This document shows, piece after piece, positions 9,601 to 18,344 of a stretch of 54,099 nt of DNA. The number at the start of each line of letters is the position of its first letter. The first letter of the stretch is position 1. The stretch lies in IMG/VR virus record IMGVR_UViG_3300037502_000458, positions 1 to 54,099 of that record; one strand, 5' to 3'. The notes beneath the pieces were generated by a model. It saw nothing but the letters and a program-made list of their open reading frames with translations. It ran no database searches and had not been told where the DNA came from. The DNA comes from a virus. Taxonomy: Duplodnaviria; Caudoviricetes. The position numbers and the translations under genes were made by a program.

Positions 9601-11364
9601 GGGGCTAACGTCTCCTGCGGGAGATACCTGCGTTGGCCCTATGAACGACGAGTAAGTCGGCTGAATAACGTCTGCCGGAGCAGGCAACCCTCCTGTGACT
9701 TGACCAAAGTCCTCGGGTTGAGCAGCAGGTGTTCCTCCGGTGAACTCATCTGCACCTACCGGAGCTAAAGGAGTAGGTTGTCTGACAGCCGCCGTCAGCT
9801 CACGATTGGCATTAGTGATAGCAGCATCAATCAACGACTTGTCTAGAGGCTTTCCAGTTAACTGCGACGATAACGTCGTAACAACCAGATCTTTCTGACC
9901 TTGCGAAAGTTGCGGGAACTTCTTTCCGTCAACTTCTATCTTGTTGGCACCGTAAGTAATTGCACCTTGCAAAGCAGCATTGGTCAGTTTTGCCGAAAGA
10001 TCCCCTTGGGTATTTAAGGCAGCGTTAATAGAGTCTGCAACCGCTGCTTTGATTTGCGGGTCTTTGATCTCATCAAAACCGGGGACTTGAGCCGAGGCAA
10101 GATTAAACATCCCTCCTACCGTGGCATTTCCAATCGCTTTCTCTACATCTTCCCCCATCACAGCAGCACGAGCACCAGCCGCACCGATGTTGGCTAGGAA
10201 GTTCTGACCCGCAGCAGACTCAAAGATCCCAGAGGCTGCGTTAGCCAGTTCACCAGCTACCGCTGCGCCAATGCCAGTTCCTAAAGCCGCCAGAGCACCT
10301 TTCTTAACATCCCCTGTCAAACCTGCGGTCAGAATCCCCGCTCCAAGACCGGCAGCGACAGAGGCAGGAAGCGTTACCCCTATTGATCCAGCGACAAAGT
10401 TTCCAATCGCTGCCCCGACCCCCGGAATCGCTAGGGAGGCAATTGCTACAAAGGGAGCTATGTCAGCAAGATCAAAGTCGCTTGAGGAGTGCCCTTGCGT
10501 GAAAAAAACCGGAAGGCCGTCTTGCGAAAACGCAAGATTAAATGTTGTGTTGCCTTTACCTCCGTATGTACCGCTCCACACATACCCAGAATCAGCGGCA
10601 TCCCCGGTATCTGCGTACTGGTGTTCCGAGTTTGTAGATGACAACGGCTTATAAACACCATTACCAGTAAGAGGTCTTAACGGGTCATCTACTACTTTTT
10701 TAAGCTCTGTTAAGTAGTTGTTCCCATAATACTGTTTGTATTGGTTTAGGTTGTCCTCCCCAATTACAACAGGAATGGTTCTGACAACATTTCCGTTTTC
10801 ATCAAATATCTTCTTTGGGACAATCTGATCTATAGACTTTACGCCACGGTTCAACAAATCCGCAGCAAGAAACTTACTAAAAGCATCTATGCCACCATAA
10901 GCCCCAATCGCTCCACCTTGGTAATACTTCGATGTATCAAGGTTGCTTCTTTGACCGCTTATTTGGTTTGTAAGATTGTCTAGGTAAACCTTTCTGTAAC
11001 TCTTGCCGTTTACACTTTCAAACGCCTGCGGAATCTCTCCGGCTGTATTCAAAAACCATTGCGTGTTGACTTGGTTCCCATTTTTGTCAACCAAGGGTGT
11101 TGCGGCAAACTTATAAAACTGCAACTTGGCCGCTAAGTTTTCTTCATTCGGAAACAGGTCTTTCAACAACCCGTCCCGAGCCGCCCAGTAAGCGTTATTA
11201 AAAATCGGAAGAAATAACTCGTCTTCAATGTCATATACACCGTTGCCGGTTACATCGGTGTAGTTTCTAGGGTTCAGAGAAGCTGGCGGTACAACAGCAG
11301 GACTGCCGTATCCCTTTCTCCAGTCGTCATAGTCCTGTCTGGTGGGGCCGTAAATAAGATCCAT
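6655..11364 (-). CDS. large putative ejection protein with RTX-type Ca2+-binding repeats
   Basis: 1569 aa; Gly/Ala hydrophobic helices, DLNKDGKVDQADI loop, GGGNDTLVA repeats, C-terminal GPGDGQSDDIPAMLADGEYVFDA domain. Confidence 0.65.
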   Translation of the reverse strand: MDLIYGPTRQDYDDWRKGYGSPAVVPPASLNPRNYTDVTGNGVYDIEDELFLPIFNNAYWAARDGLLKDLFPNEENLAAKLQFYKFAATPLVDKNGNQVNTQWFLNTAGEIPQAFESVNGKSYRKVYLDNLTNQISGQRSNLDTSKYYQGGAIGAYGGIDAFSKFLAADLLNRGVKSIDQIVPKKIFDENGNVVRTIPVVIGEDNLNQYKQYYGNNYLTELKKVVDDPLRPLTGNGVYKPLSSTNSEHQYADTGDAADSGYVWSGTYGGKGNTTFNLAFSQDGLPVFFTQGHSSSDFDLADIAPFVAIASLAIPGVGAAIGNFVAGSIGVTLPASVAAGLGAGILTAGLTGDVKKGALAALGTGIGAAVAGELANAASGIFESAAGQNFLANIGAAGARAAVMGEDVEKAIGNATVGGMFNLASAQVPGFDEIKDPQIKAAVADSINAALNTQGDLSAKLTNAALQGAITYGANKIEVDGKKFPQLSQGQKDLVVTTLSSQLTGKPLDKSLIDAAITNANRELTAAVRQPTPLAPVGADEFTGGTPAAQPEDFGQVTGGLPAPADVIQPTYSSFIGPTQVSPAGDVSPAIIRDNLSFPADPEAMGYQGFPRPIYEFPVTVPQEQFAPPTIESVPTETSPVITRQEPVASNEEILYPGSGVGTSIGELAGSGVVSDVSAPTLGDPYGRFRNALQPGATQIWLPAELEGLQNIVDRMRAAGISDDVIEETLVAEQSRNADFRTTLLANRTSVGDGTSERPGGEVAAGVAIGESATPPEEGGRPFMGAGSGQTSGLPVFSLIAIDQGVNTYDMNNGFTLFAFSDGRQRVMDNETKVIVDLTPEESTELIPKIIEADRNAAATPVPEVKPAGVSTTVPPAAPPEAKPEVVEVKPSPDAQQVAADLARKVLADSDTKATQGPAQLDASKLIATSPSTDAATSTGGASATDLTGGTQTGGATATGPAADATAKESTAKESTATGSTSTGSTATGPVTDATATRPAALQNANAIEASKIASGSSAFDARYDLNKDGKVDQADIDALEGGAALNPVISTSQSTTGGDTVVAGGGNDTLKAGGGNDTLVAGGDTLVSGGGNDTLVSGGGNDTLTAGGGNDTLVAGGGNDTLVAGTGNDTLVSGGGNDTLVSGGGNDTLVAGGTNMGLSDADITRIANSVVIPAGLSEADVKRIVTDVIATRPGLSATDVTTIVNEAVGKLPTAPTATDISTIVSTATKDFVTAKNLSDAISGIKFPASLSTQDVEGIVSRVIRDNPGISTADVQNIVNTAISNLPAYATPTDVSTAITTQLGTPSIKDDPNTPQDESRPASGIYQLFEQQEADRLKKEEEDKKKADEEARAAQLRLDMGRRQNLLQTGAGIAAAGLGAAALADSGIQQPVSPLQALQTGEGSKVEFESPLAAFFALQEPKEEPKQEAPSAMNYFTYGQPSEVSDILGLQEEDQMAASGGLMTPLMKGGGLSVVHYAGKPRIDFRKGSYVEGPGDGQSDDIPAMLADGEYVFDAETVAALGNGSNRAGAKLLDKMREEIRSHKRSGSLKKIPPPSKSPLEYLSMARRRS
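7905..8197 (-). repeat. 27-bp-period tandem repeat encoding RTX-like nonapeptides
   Basis: Nine G[GT]GNDTLx[AS] units plus two shortened GGDT units; synonymous positions diverged. Confidence 0.9.
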
Positions 11365-11365
11365 G

Positions 11366-11620
11366 TTACGTCCTTGGATTCACTGCTGACAGAAGAGCAG
11401 CAGCCCAATCAAACCAATCATTGAAGTCATCCGTCTGAGGAATGGCCTCATTCGCAAAGACATCAATAGCTTTCAAAGCATTACCCCAGAGCTTCCAATC
11501 TGTTTGTTCTGTAGGGATCTCCAGTTGTTGTGCAGAATACTGCTCAACCATCAAAGATGCCCACGACTCAAACGTATGGAATCTAGGATCGTAAACAAGA
11601 GGTGATTGGGTACTAGGCAT
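11366..11620 (-). CDS. hypothetical virion-module protein
   Basis: Trp-rich 84-aa ORF coupled to the nozzle gene. Confidence 0.7.
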   Translation of the reverse strand: MPSTQSPLVYDPRFHTFESWASLMVEQYSAQQLEIPTEQTDWKLWGNALKAIDVFANEAIPQTDDFNDWFDWAAALLSAVNPRT

Positions 11621-13857
11621 TAGTAACCCCGGACATCACCAAAGTCAGCATTGAGAATGACTTTGCCTAACTGGTAATCCCCGCCAGCGACGTTTGATAC
11701 GAACTTGAGTCTCAGTTCCCTTCGCTGCTCTTTCATATCAATCTTGTTCGTATTCGCATCAAACGTATAAGGACCCGTCGTGGAATCGTCACTCTGAGCA
11801 TAAGGTCTACCAGTGATATACAACTCCATGTCACCTTCTAACAAGAAGTCAGGCTCTACCCTCTCTAACCTGACCCACTTATTCATACCTTCCATGGCAG
11901 GTTGAGAAGGTCCTCCCGCTACCCATCCCAAGTCACTGGTCTCAAAATAACTTTCAATTGCTGACACATTCTGACCGTCAATCGCATCCGTACCAATCTC
12001 ATGTTGGTACATCTGAATGCGATTCGGAGGCAGAGAAAACGTCAAAGAGACACTTCCAGTTCCAGTTGCTGCTTGGGACATTTCTATGGCTTGTGCATAG
12101 ATAGCACTCACAGGGATTGCGAACCCAGCTCCTACCCCGCTGTTCCCAAGGTCTGCATCATCCGCAGATAGCACATCTCCTACCTGATACGCAGCACCCC
12201 TCAGAACAATCGAGACAGTGGTTACAGCGCCTCCTAAAACACCGATGTTGGCCGTAGCATTGGCTCCAGAACCTCCCGTTAGGGGAACGTCCGTATACGA
12301 CCCATCTACATAGCCAGAACCGCCTGTAATCGCTCCCAGCGTCTTTATGTTGGAACTGGTAATCGCAACAACAGAGGTCCCCGCAGGGATGTTAGAACCC
12401 GATATAACCTGCCTCAGAGCCACCTGAGTGTTATAGGTATCTAGGAATAGAAACTCGGATCCACTGTTCACTGTGAACATGGCCGAAAATATCGCCGTTT
12501 CAGGTAAGGTCTCCCAAGATGCCATCACGGGGTAAGCAAAGACTTGAGAGAAGTATCCCGCTGATCTACGGGCACCGATAGCTTGTCCTGCGTCATACCA
12601 AGTCTGTTCCCGGACGTTATAGATGATAGCGTCCGTGCACTCCGTAGCATTCCCTCTTGGATAAAACCACCAGATCTCCCCAAAACGGGGAACTTTGGTC
12701 GCCCAAACCTTCTGTCTCTGACTGTAGTTGAGATTGTCAAAGAACCAGTTTTGGTTCATTGCGTTAGGAATCTCTTTAACCGTCCCGTTATATAGAAGGA
12801 ACCTATCTACCCCGCACCAGTAATAGATACCGTCATACTCAATGACACTCTGAGACGACATGATCGAGGACTGGCTGGAGATAATGTCATACCTCCAGAA
12901 CGTAGGAACAGCAAAGTTAGCCGTACCCGGAACACCTAAGTTTGTAGGTGCATAAGAGACCCGTATAAGGCTGTCAAGGCTCCAAAAGAGTCCCGAGGGA
13001 GAGTTAGACCCACCCCGTACCGGAAGCCCTTGTACGATCTTCCCCGTAGCTACGTTTACAGAGTTCGCATCACTGGAAACCCAGTCATTTGTATTCCCTG
13101 CTGAACAGTTCCTAATGAGACCGTTGTTCCCAAATACAAAGAGGTACGGGTGTAACGATACAACTCCTCCAGAAACAGATACGTTGTTGTTGAACGTAGC
13201 CGTAACAGTCGCTGAAGCCGTAGCATTATTGGACATCGTTACAGTGGTTCCAACTACCGAAACTACTGTCGTATTCGCAGGGATACCCGCTCCGGTAATC
13301 GTCTGCCCCGCTCCGATCAGAGTATTGGATACCGCCAAAGTTAGAGTAGGACTCAGGTTTGTAGTCGTTACAGAATCGGTAAAGACTCCAATCTGGGACA
13401 TGCTCGTGCCAGTAATGTTCCCAATAAGGACTGGAGTATCGTTATCTGAGTCTATGGCTTGAAGATTTTGACCCGGATGGGCAACGATAGCTTGATACCC
13501 ATTCCCGCCTACGTCATAGATCCCATCAAACTGCCACATATTCAACGGAGAGGCCGTAAAGTTAGATAGGGAAAACTCACCTATACCCGCTCCGACTCCG
13601 TTGTCATCAATGGTCAGGACTTCTAATCCGTTGTCATACCCAGAAAAGATCGACGTAAAAGCGTTCTGAGCGTTGACCCAAATGCCCCTCGAAGGCCCAA
13701 ACAACTGATCCGAGATGACTCGATACCCTCGGATCTTGCGGGGACGACCTCTTTGAAACCTTACCCAACGACCATCGTTATAGAAGATCTTGTCAAAGAC
13801 CGTTCCATCCCTTTGAATACCGGGCTTGGTATCTAACGCAAAAACTTTCTGCGTCAT
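11620..13857 (-). CDS. tail nozzle / tail tubular protein B-like
   Basis: 745 aa, beta-rich; GRWVRFQRGRPRKI start, FGEIWWFYP, IIYNVREQTWY; position before ejection genes. Confidence 0.7.
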   Translation of the reverse strand: MTQKVFALDTKPGIQRDGTVFDKIFYNDGRWVRFQRGRPRKIRGYRVISDQLFGPSRGIWVNAQNAFTSIFSGYDNGLEVLTIDDNGVGAGIGEFSLSNFTASPLNMWQFDGIYDVGGNGYQAIVAHPGQNLQAIDSDNDTPVLIGNITGTSMSQIGVFTDSVTTTNLSPTLTLAVSNTLIGAGQTITGAGIPANTTVVSVVGTTVTMSNNATASATVTATFNNNVSVSGGVVSLHPYLFVFGNNGLIRNCSAGNTNDWVSSDANSVNVATGKIVQGLPVRGGSNSPSGLFWSLDSLIRVSYAPTNLGVPGTANFAVPTFWRYDIISSQSSIMSSQSVIEYDGIYYWCGVDRFLLYNGTVKEIPNAMNQNWFFDNLNYSQRQKVWATKVPRFGEIWWFYPRGNATECTDAIIYNVREQTWYDAGQAIGARRSAGYFSQVFAYPVMASWETLPETAIFSAMFTVNSGSEFLFLDTYNTQVALRQVISGSNIPAGTSVVAITSSNIKTLGAITGGSGYVDGSYTDVPLTGGSGANATANIGVLGGAVTTVSIVLRGAAYQVGDVLSADDADLGNSGVGAGFAIPVSAIYAQAIEMSQAATGTGSVSLTFSLPPNRIQMYQHEIGTDAIDGQNVSAIESYFETSDLGWVAGGPSQPAMEGMNKWVRLERVEPDFLLEGDMELYITGRPYAQSDDSTTGPYTFDANTNKIDMKEQRRELRLKFVSNVAGGDYQLGKVILNADFGDVRGY

Positions 13858-15098
13858 GTGAACAACCCACCCGAAATGCCAGTCGTAAAGGTGCCGTTAC
13901 CAGTAATAGTAAGGCCCGTGGCAGTCAATCCTGATCTTTTAACACCTAGAATCGAAATGCCAAACTCTCCAGAACCGGGTCTGTAGATACCTGTACTGGT
14001 TTCGGTAGCAAAGTTCAACGCAGGAGCAGCTACCGTCCCATCTACCAAAGATACGTTAGAAGCACCCGCTGCAATCGTTGAAGCATTGAAAAGGTTTACT
14101 GAGTCACACAATAGAATGATCTGTTGGCCCGCAGGAACAGTAGCTACCGCACCCCCCGGAACGCCCGTTTGGAAGGTAATCTGATAGTTAGATACCCCGC
14201 CGTCCGTCTGGTTCGTGATGTAGTAGACCTGAATCGTCTCAGGTAGATTGACAGTGACGTTACCCGTAAGAGTCCCGGTGTACTTCTGTACCACATTGGA
14301 CGCCTCACTAGCGGACAGCGTATAAGTCCCGGTCGCCACCGCTTTGGTCAACTGCGTAAAGTTGAACTGGGTTGATCTTCCTAAACCTACGGTGAACCAC
14401 GCAGACCCTGAACTGACAATCATCGCGGAATCAGCAGGCTGCATCACCAAAGACGCAGCAGCATTGATCTGATTGCCCCCAGAAGGGCTTACGGTAAGCG
14501 TCCCAGATCCACCGTTCCTTACTAAGAAGAACCAGTCATCCCCAACAGAAGATGCCGTAGGGAGAGTCAAAGTCCCAGAACCACCCGTCCAGATGTACGT
14601 CGAGGCTCTATCAGCATCTACAGCCGTATAGCTAGAAGAGAAGGTGTTGACCGTATGCGATTGGTTTAAGGTCGAGGCAATCGCCTTCAGACCATATCCC
14701 GCTAGGGTCGCTGCATCAGCATTAGATGTTCCAACACCGAAAGCAATCAGCCCCCAAGTCCCTGCCGCTGTCCCGTTAGCAGTGATGTAGACGTACTTCG
14801 CTTCACCCGCAGCAATCGTGGTGATCGTCGTACCAGAGTTGGTTGCCAACGTAAAGGTGTTAGAACCTACGTTCCTTACCAGCGAATCTTCACCGACACT
14901 CGCTTGATTCGCAGGAGGCATCCTCAGTGTCAAACTACCTGAAGTAGCCGTGACATCCATGATCCTCGCTACATAATCGTCCGTAGCATTCCCGTTTACA
15001 GGCCATGCAAGGGTCGTATTGGCAGCTAAGGTGACGCTCCGATAGGAGACATCAGTCGGGACAATTACGTCCCCCGGAAAGACGTTTACAAAGCTCAT
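13854..15098 (-). CDS. tail structural protein
   Basis: Thr/Gly/Ala-rich beta composition; DGTVAAPALNF...TGIYRPG fibre-like motif. Confidence 0.65.
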   Translation of the reverse strand: MSFVNVFPGDVIVPTDVSYRSVTLAANTTLAWPVNGNATDDYVARIMDVTATSGSLTLRMPPANQASVGEDSLVRNVGSNTFTLATNSGTTITTIAAGEAKYVYITANGTAAGTWGLIAFGVGTSNADAATLAGYGLKAIASTLNQSHTVNTFSSSYTAVDADRASTYIWTGGSGTLTLPTASSVGDDWFFLVRNGGSGTLTVSPSGGNQINAAASLVMQPADSAMIVSSGSAWFTVGLGRSTQFNFTQLTKAVATGTYTLSASEASNVVQKYTGTLTGNVTVNLPETIQVYYITNQTDGGVSNYQITFQTGVPGGAVATVPAGQQIILLCDSVNLFNASTIAAGASNVSLVDGTVAAPALNFATETSTGIYRPGSGEFGISILGVKRSGLTATGLTITGNGTFTTGISGGLFT

Positions 15099-15724
15099 GA
15101 ATCCCTCACAACGGCTTGACGATCACCAATCCGGGCGACATCCTCAGTCTTTAACACTTCCATGATGGCTTGATACTGCTGTTGCCACATCGGAATCCGT
15201 TCGTCGTTCTTAAGAAACGGCATGGCTTGCAGCAAAGACCCATACAACAACGCCTGCGGAGCGTACTGGGTAAACCAATTGGTTTGGTTTGACGAATCTA
15301 GAGGCTGGATTCTTTCGTAGTACAGAACCTCATACGCATAGTCGTCCGCAGGAGTCGGTGCAACCAACCAGTGATCATAGTTGTAGTCGCAGTAATACTC
15401 AGGAACGTCCGTTTCCGTAGGATCCGGCCAGAACTCCCTGAGATATTCGTACTTCCTCAATAGGATCGGACGCCTTTCCCCCGCTACGGTAACGTTCATT
15501 GAAACCGTCTTTCTCCACCTAGCAGGCTTTTGAATGACTGGTTGGTCAGAAACCATGTTGGATGACACCACAACGAGGTTTCCGAGAAACTTGATTTCGG
15601 AAGCAATGACTTGTTCAGCCAGTCCGATAAAGGTAGGAATCTTACTGAGCGTAGCTTGGTCTGTACGCTCCAGATAGCTTTCGATGTCAGCTACCAAGTT
15701 GTTGTAGGTCATTACATAAGACAT
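15095..15724 (-). CDS. head-tail adaptor / tail tubular protein A-like
   Basis: IPTFIGLAE, VAPTPADDY, APQALLYGSLLQA motifs; ~210 aa. Confidence 0.75.
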   Translation of the reverse strand: MSYVMTYNNLVADIESYLERTDQATLSKIPTFIGLAEQVIASEIKFLGNLVVVSSNMVSDQPVIQKPARWRKTVSMNVTVAGERRPILLRKYEYLREFWPDPTETDVPEYYCDYNYDHWLVAPTPADDYAYEVLYYERIQPLDSSNQTNWFTQYAPQALLYGSLLQAMPFLKNDERIPMWQQQYQAIMEVLKTEDVARIGDRQAVVRDS

Positions 15725-16116
15725 CACCACACCTTCTTTTTAATAGACTCGGGTTGCGGGACGTACTGTTGACCTCGCCGCATCCCCTCACGCTTGGCTC
15801 GCGTCGTTGCGGCGTATTCAGAAGCGGTTAGCTTCTCTCGTGCCTGCCGGGGGAGATACCGCTCACCCGTAGCTTCTTTCCCTTGCGTAGAGGGCTTTCC
15901 AGACCGTGTTCCCCAGTCTTCCCTCGTCCACTTTGATAGCGAATTATCCGCTGTCTTAGGCCCTTTGTAACCCCCTCCAGAAGACTTGTACTTCTGAGTG
16001 GCTAACTGAGCCTTCCTCGCTGACCACTGACCCGGTTTACCGCCCTTCCCCGAAGCCTTCACCTGAGAAACTATCCGCTTCCACTTTGAAGGATCAGTCT
16101 TGGCGGCAGGGGTCAT
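15724..16116 (-). CDS. basic hypothetical protein
   Basis: GGKPGQWSARKAQL, SLSKWTREDW, TGERYLP; type seen in many aquatic phages. Confidence 0.7.
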   Translation of the reverse strand: MTPAAKTDPSKWKRIVSQVKASGKGGKPGQWSARKAQLATQKYKSSGGGYKGPKTADNSLSKWTREDWGTRSGKPSTQGKEATGERYLPRQAREKLTASEYAATTRAKREGMRRGQQYVPQPESIKKKVW

Positions 16117-16334
16117 TTGTCAGCCTTGTTGTCCAGTTTGTTGAAGATCTGCTTACAGATGTCCTTCAGTTCATCTATGTCACGGTGATAGTCCTCTTTT
16201 GAAACATAGGTCTTAGGCATCTCCCGAACGTCAGCATCAAGCCTTTCTATGGCTTTGGTGATGTTGTTTAAGACCCAGCCGCCAAAGAAGGCGGCGATCC
16301 CCACCACTACATTGAAGATCGCCTGTGTGTCCAT
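16113..16334 (-). CDS. small membrane protein (TM plus coiled coil), possible lysis accessory
   Basis: N-terminal hydrophobic helix then heptad-like region. Confidence 0.65.
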   Translation of the reverse strand: MDTQAIFNVVVGIAAFFGGWVLNNITKAIERLDADVREMPKTYVSKEDYHRDIDELKDICKQIFNKLDNKADK

Positions 16335-16486
16335 TAATCCCTCGGTTGTTCCGGTTTTGCCGCCTCTTGTGCGACTTGCTGAATCCCGGCAATCAGGTTA
16401 GCCACCTCAACATACGGACGAGATCCGAGGTACTGAAGGATAGCGTTTACCAATTGAACCGGAACGTTGATAGCTTCTTTGTCCAT
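16334..16486 (-). CDS. hypothetical protein (50 aa, MDKEAINVPVQLVNAILQYLGSRPYVEV...)
   Basis: Read manually; AGGAG SD; stop overlaps next ATG. Confidence 0.7.
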   Translation of the reverse strand: MDKEAINVPVQLVNAILQYLGSRPYVEVANLIAGIQQVAQEAAKPEQPRD

Positions 16487-16542
16487 GTGTATCTCCTAGG
16501 GTTGCAAAGCAAATGCTTTGTACTGCTATTTTGCCTTTGTTG

Positions 16543-17082
16543 TTAAACCCGAGCAAGGCTAGTAGCTAGCGTAGCAACCTCGTTTACTCGTCTTGTCCAA
16601 CCATTCTTGTAGGTCTCCCAGTTCTTCAGAGACTCCATGTACTCCAGCCTTTCTTTACTGAAAGTCTTGATCAGATCATCTTGATCCGCCGCCCTTACAG
16701 CAGCCAAAGTCTTAGGGCCTATAGCACCGTCAGGAGTGGTTCCTACAGCCTTCTGGAGCGTCATAGCAGCCCTTCCGGGGCCTGAGTTGACCCCCATGTC
16801 AAAGACCATGTAATCAATCCCATAAGGAAGGTCATCGCCCTTGATGCTGGCCCAATATTCCTTCCTGTAGAAAGGCTCCACAATCTCTCGGGTCAAAGCC
16901 TTCATGTCTTCATGGGTGACTTTGTGGCCTACATAAGCCTCCCAAGCCTTTTGAGTTACACCTAAATTCGTACACCCCGGACGACCGTCAGGAAGATGAT
17001 TGCCGGGATCACGGGGGTCATCCGTGAAGCCCCCTTCATGCTCCATCAACTGATCGTAGGCTCTAGACCAAGTGTCTTTCAT
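16543..17082 (-). CDS. endolysin, glycoside hydrolase family 108 with C-terminal peptidoglycan-binding domain
   Basis: HEGGFTDDPRDPG, TNLGVT, FDMGVNSGPGRA, DGAIGPKT, GWTRRV. Confidence 0.9.
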   Translation of the reverse strand: MKDTWSRAYDQLMEHEGGFTDDPRDPGNHLPDGRPGCTNLGVTQKAWEAYVGHKVTHEDMKALTREIVEPFYRKEYWASIKGDDLPYGIDYMVFDMGVNSGPGRAAMTLQKAVGTTPDGAIGPKTLAAVRAADQDDLIKTFSKERLEYMESLKNWETYKNGWTRRVNEVATLATSLARV

Positions 17083-17564
17083 TTCTTAGCCTCAATCACT
17101 TCTTGTTTGGCTTTAGATCCTGCACTGGAACCTAGAAAGAAATTCAGGATCGTAGCTACTACAGTCCCTAATAAGAAGCCAAGAATCGTATCGGCAAACC
17201 TGACGTTGGTTTCTGGGATGTTTGTAAAGGTAATGAGGAAGATGTACACCACTGCCATGATGGACCAAAATGTTGCTAGGTACATCACGAACCGCTTAGA
17301 GAACTTGTCTTCCTGATTTAGCGCGGCAACCTGCATCGCCCGGGCATCAGCAGTATTCTTATTAGCTTGCTCCACCATGAACTCTTCATGCTTCATGGCA
17401 GATTCACGCAGAGCCTTAATGTCTGTCTCGGACATATCAGGCTTTAGCTCAATCCCCGTCTTCTCCTGAACGTAATCTAAGCCCTTATCTACAACCGCCT
17501 GAGCTACTTTAGGCAGGTTGTTTTGTATAAGCGTAGAAACGATTCCTGCAACGATAGGAAGCAT
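17079..17564 (-). CDS. putative holin
   Basis: Two C-terminal TM helices ending FFLGSS; adjacent to endolysin. Confidence 0.65.
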   Translation of the reverse strand: MLPIVAGIVSTLIQNNLPKVAQAVVDKGLDYVQEKTGIELKPDMSETDIKALRESAMKHEEFMVEQANKNTADARAMQVAALNQEDKFSKRFVMYLATFWSIMAVVYIFLITFTNIPETNVRFADTILGFLLGTVVATILNFFLGSSAGSKAKQEVIEAKK

Positions 17565-18023
17565 TCATTTCTCCGTCGTGATTACGTCTTCGCCCTTGGT
17601 GACTGTCACTCTTCCTTCTGTGACATCTACCTTCATCGGCGGCTCTTTCCGGTCGAGTTTGTCCAACCGCTCAATGAGAGACTTGATCACCTCAAACTCC
17701 GGCCTCTCCTGCTTTGGATTAGCCCCGGCGATACCGTTTAGCATGGCTATAAGAGCTGTTAAGGCAGCCGAGACTAGACCGATGACAGCGGCGATCTTGG
17801 ACTCTTCTAACAAGAGGCTAGCCCCCACCCCGACCACAACGATCAGGGTAATGTAGAAGAGTCCATGCTTGCCAATCGCTTTCCCGGCGACTTCCTTAGC
17901 CGCAGACTCTGCTTCCAGCCGTTGTAACTCGGCCTTGGCTTGAGCCTTCAGCATACGGATTTCGTGCCTCACCGGGATATTTCCGCGAGCGTAAGCATCA
18001 GCGTCATCAGCCATATTAGGCAC
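17565..18023 (-). CDS. membrane protein (2 TM)
   Basis: Two hydrophobic helices; in lysis cluster. Confidence 0.65.
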   Translation of the reverse strand: MPNMADDADAYARGNIPVRHEIRMLKAQAKAELQRLEAESAAKEVAGKAIGKHGLFYITLIVVVGVGASLLLEESKIAAVIGLVSAALTALIAMLNGIAGANPKQERPEFEVIKSLIERLDKLDRKEPPMKVDVTEGRVTVTKGEDVITTEK

Positions 18024-18342
18024 TTACCCACGGCGGTGCGAGTGAAACCGTTACAGGGTGCTTTTGGAGTTCCAGTTGGGCTTCAACTGCGGCTTCCGTG
18101 GCCGCACGATCAACTCCGTTCGCCCAGATCCATCCCAACACTTCGTTCTGCGTTAACTGATCAAACGGGACAAAGCTAGCCGGGTTCGGGCCGGGAACCG
18201 AGCAGGTGGAGTAGACAGAGGCAGAGTAGGTCTTGTCACCATCTACTTCGGTCTTGGAAACGCGCCAGTGGCATTGATAGACCACATCGCTCAATCCATC
18301 TTCTTGGACTTTGCAATCTAAGTTGGTTACTCGCCAATCCAT
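18016..18342 (-). CDS. tail-fibre-associated protein
   Basis: Directly follows fibre gene; FVPFDQLTQNEVLGWIW...PPW pattern. Confidence 0.65.
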   Translation of the reverse strand: MDWRVTNLDCKVQEDGLSDVVYQCHWRVSKTEVDGDKTYSASVYSTCSVPGPNPASFVPFDQLTQNEVLGWIWANGVDRAATEAAVEAQLELQKHPVTVSLAPPWVSA

Positions 18343-18344
18343 GA

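Noticed and set aside
16505-16524. CAAAGCA/TGCTTTG inverted repeat after the endolysin
   Set aside because: Short and AT-rich, no U-tract; function cannot be supported
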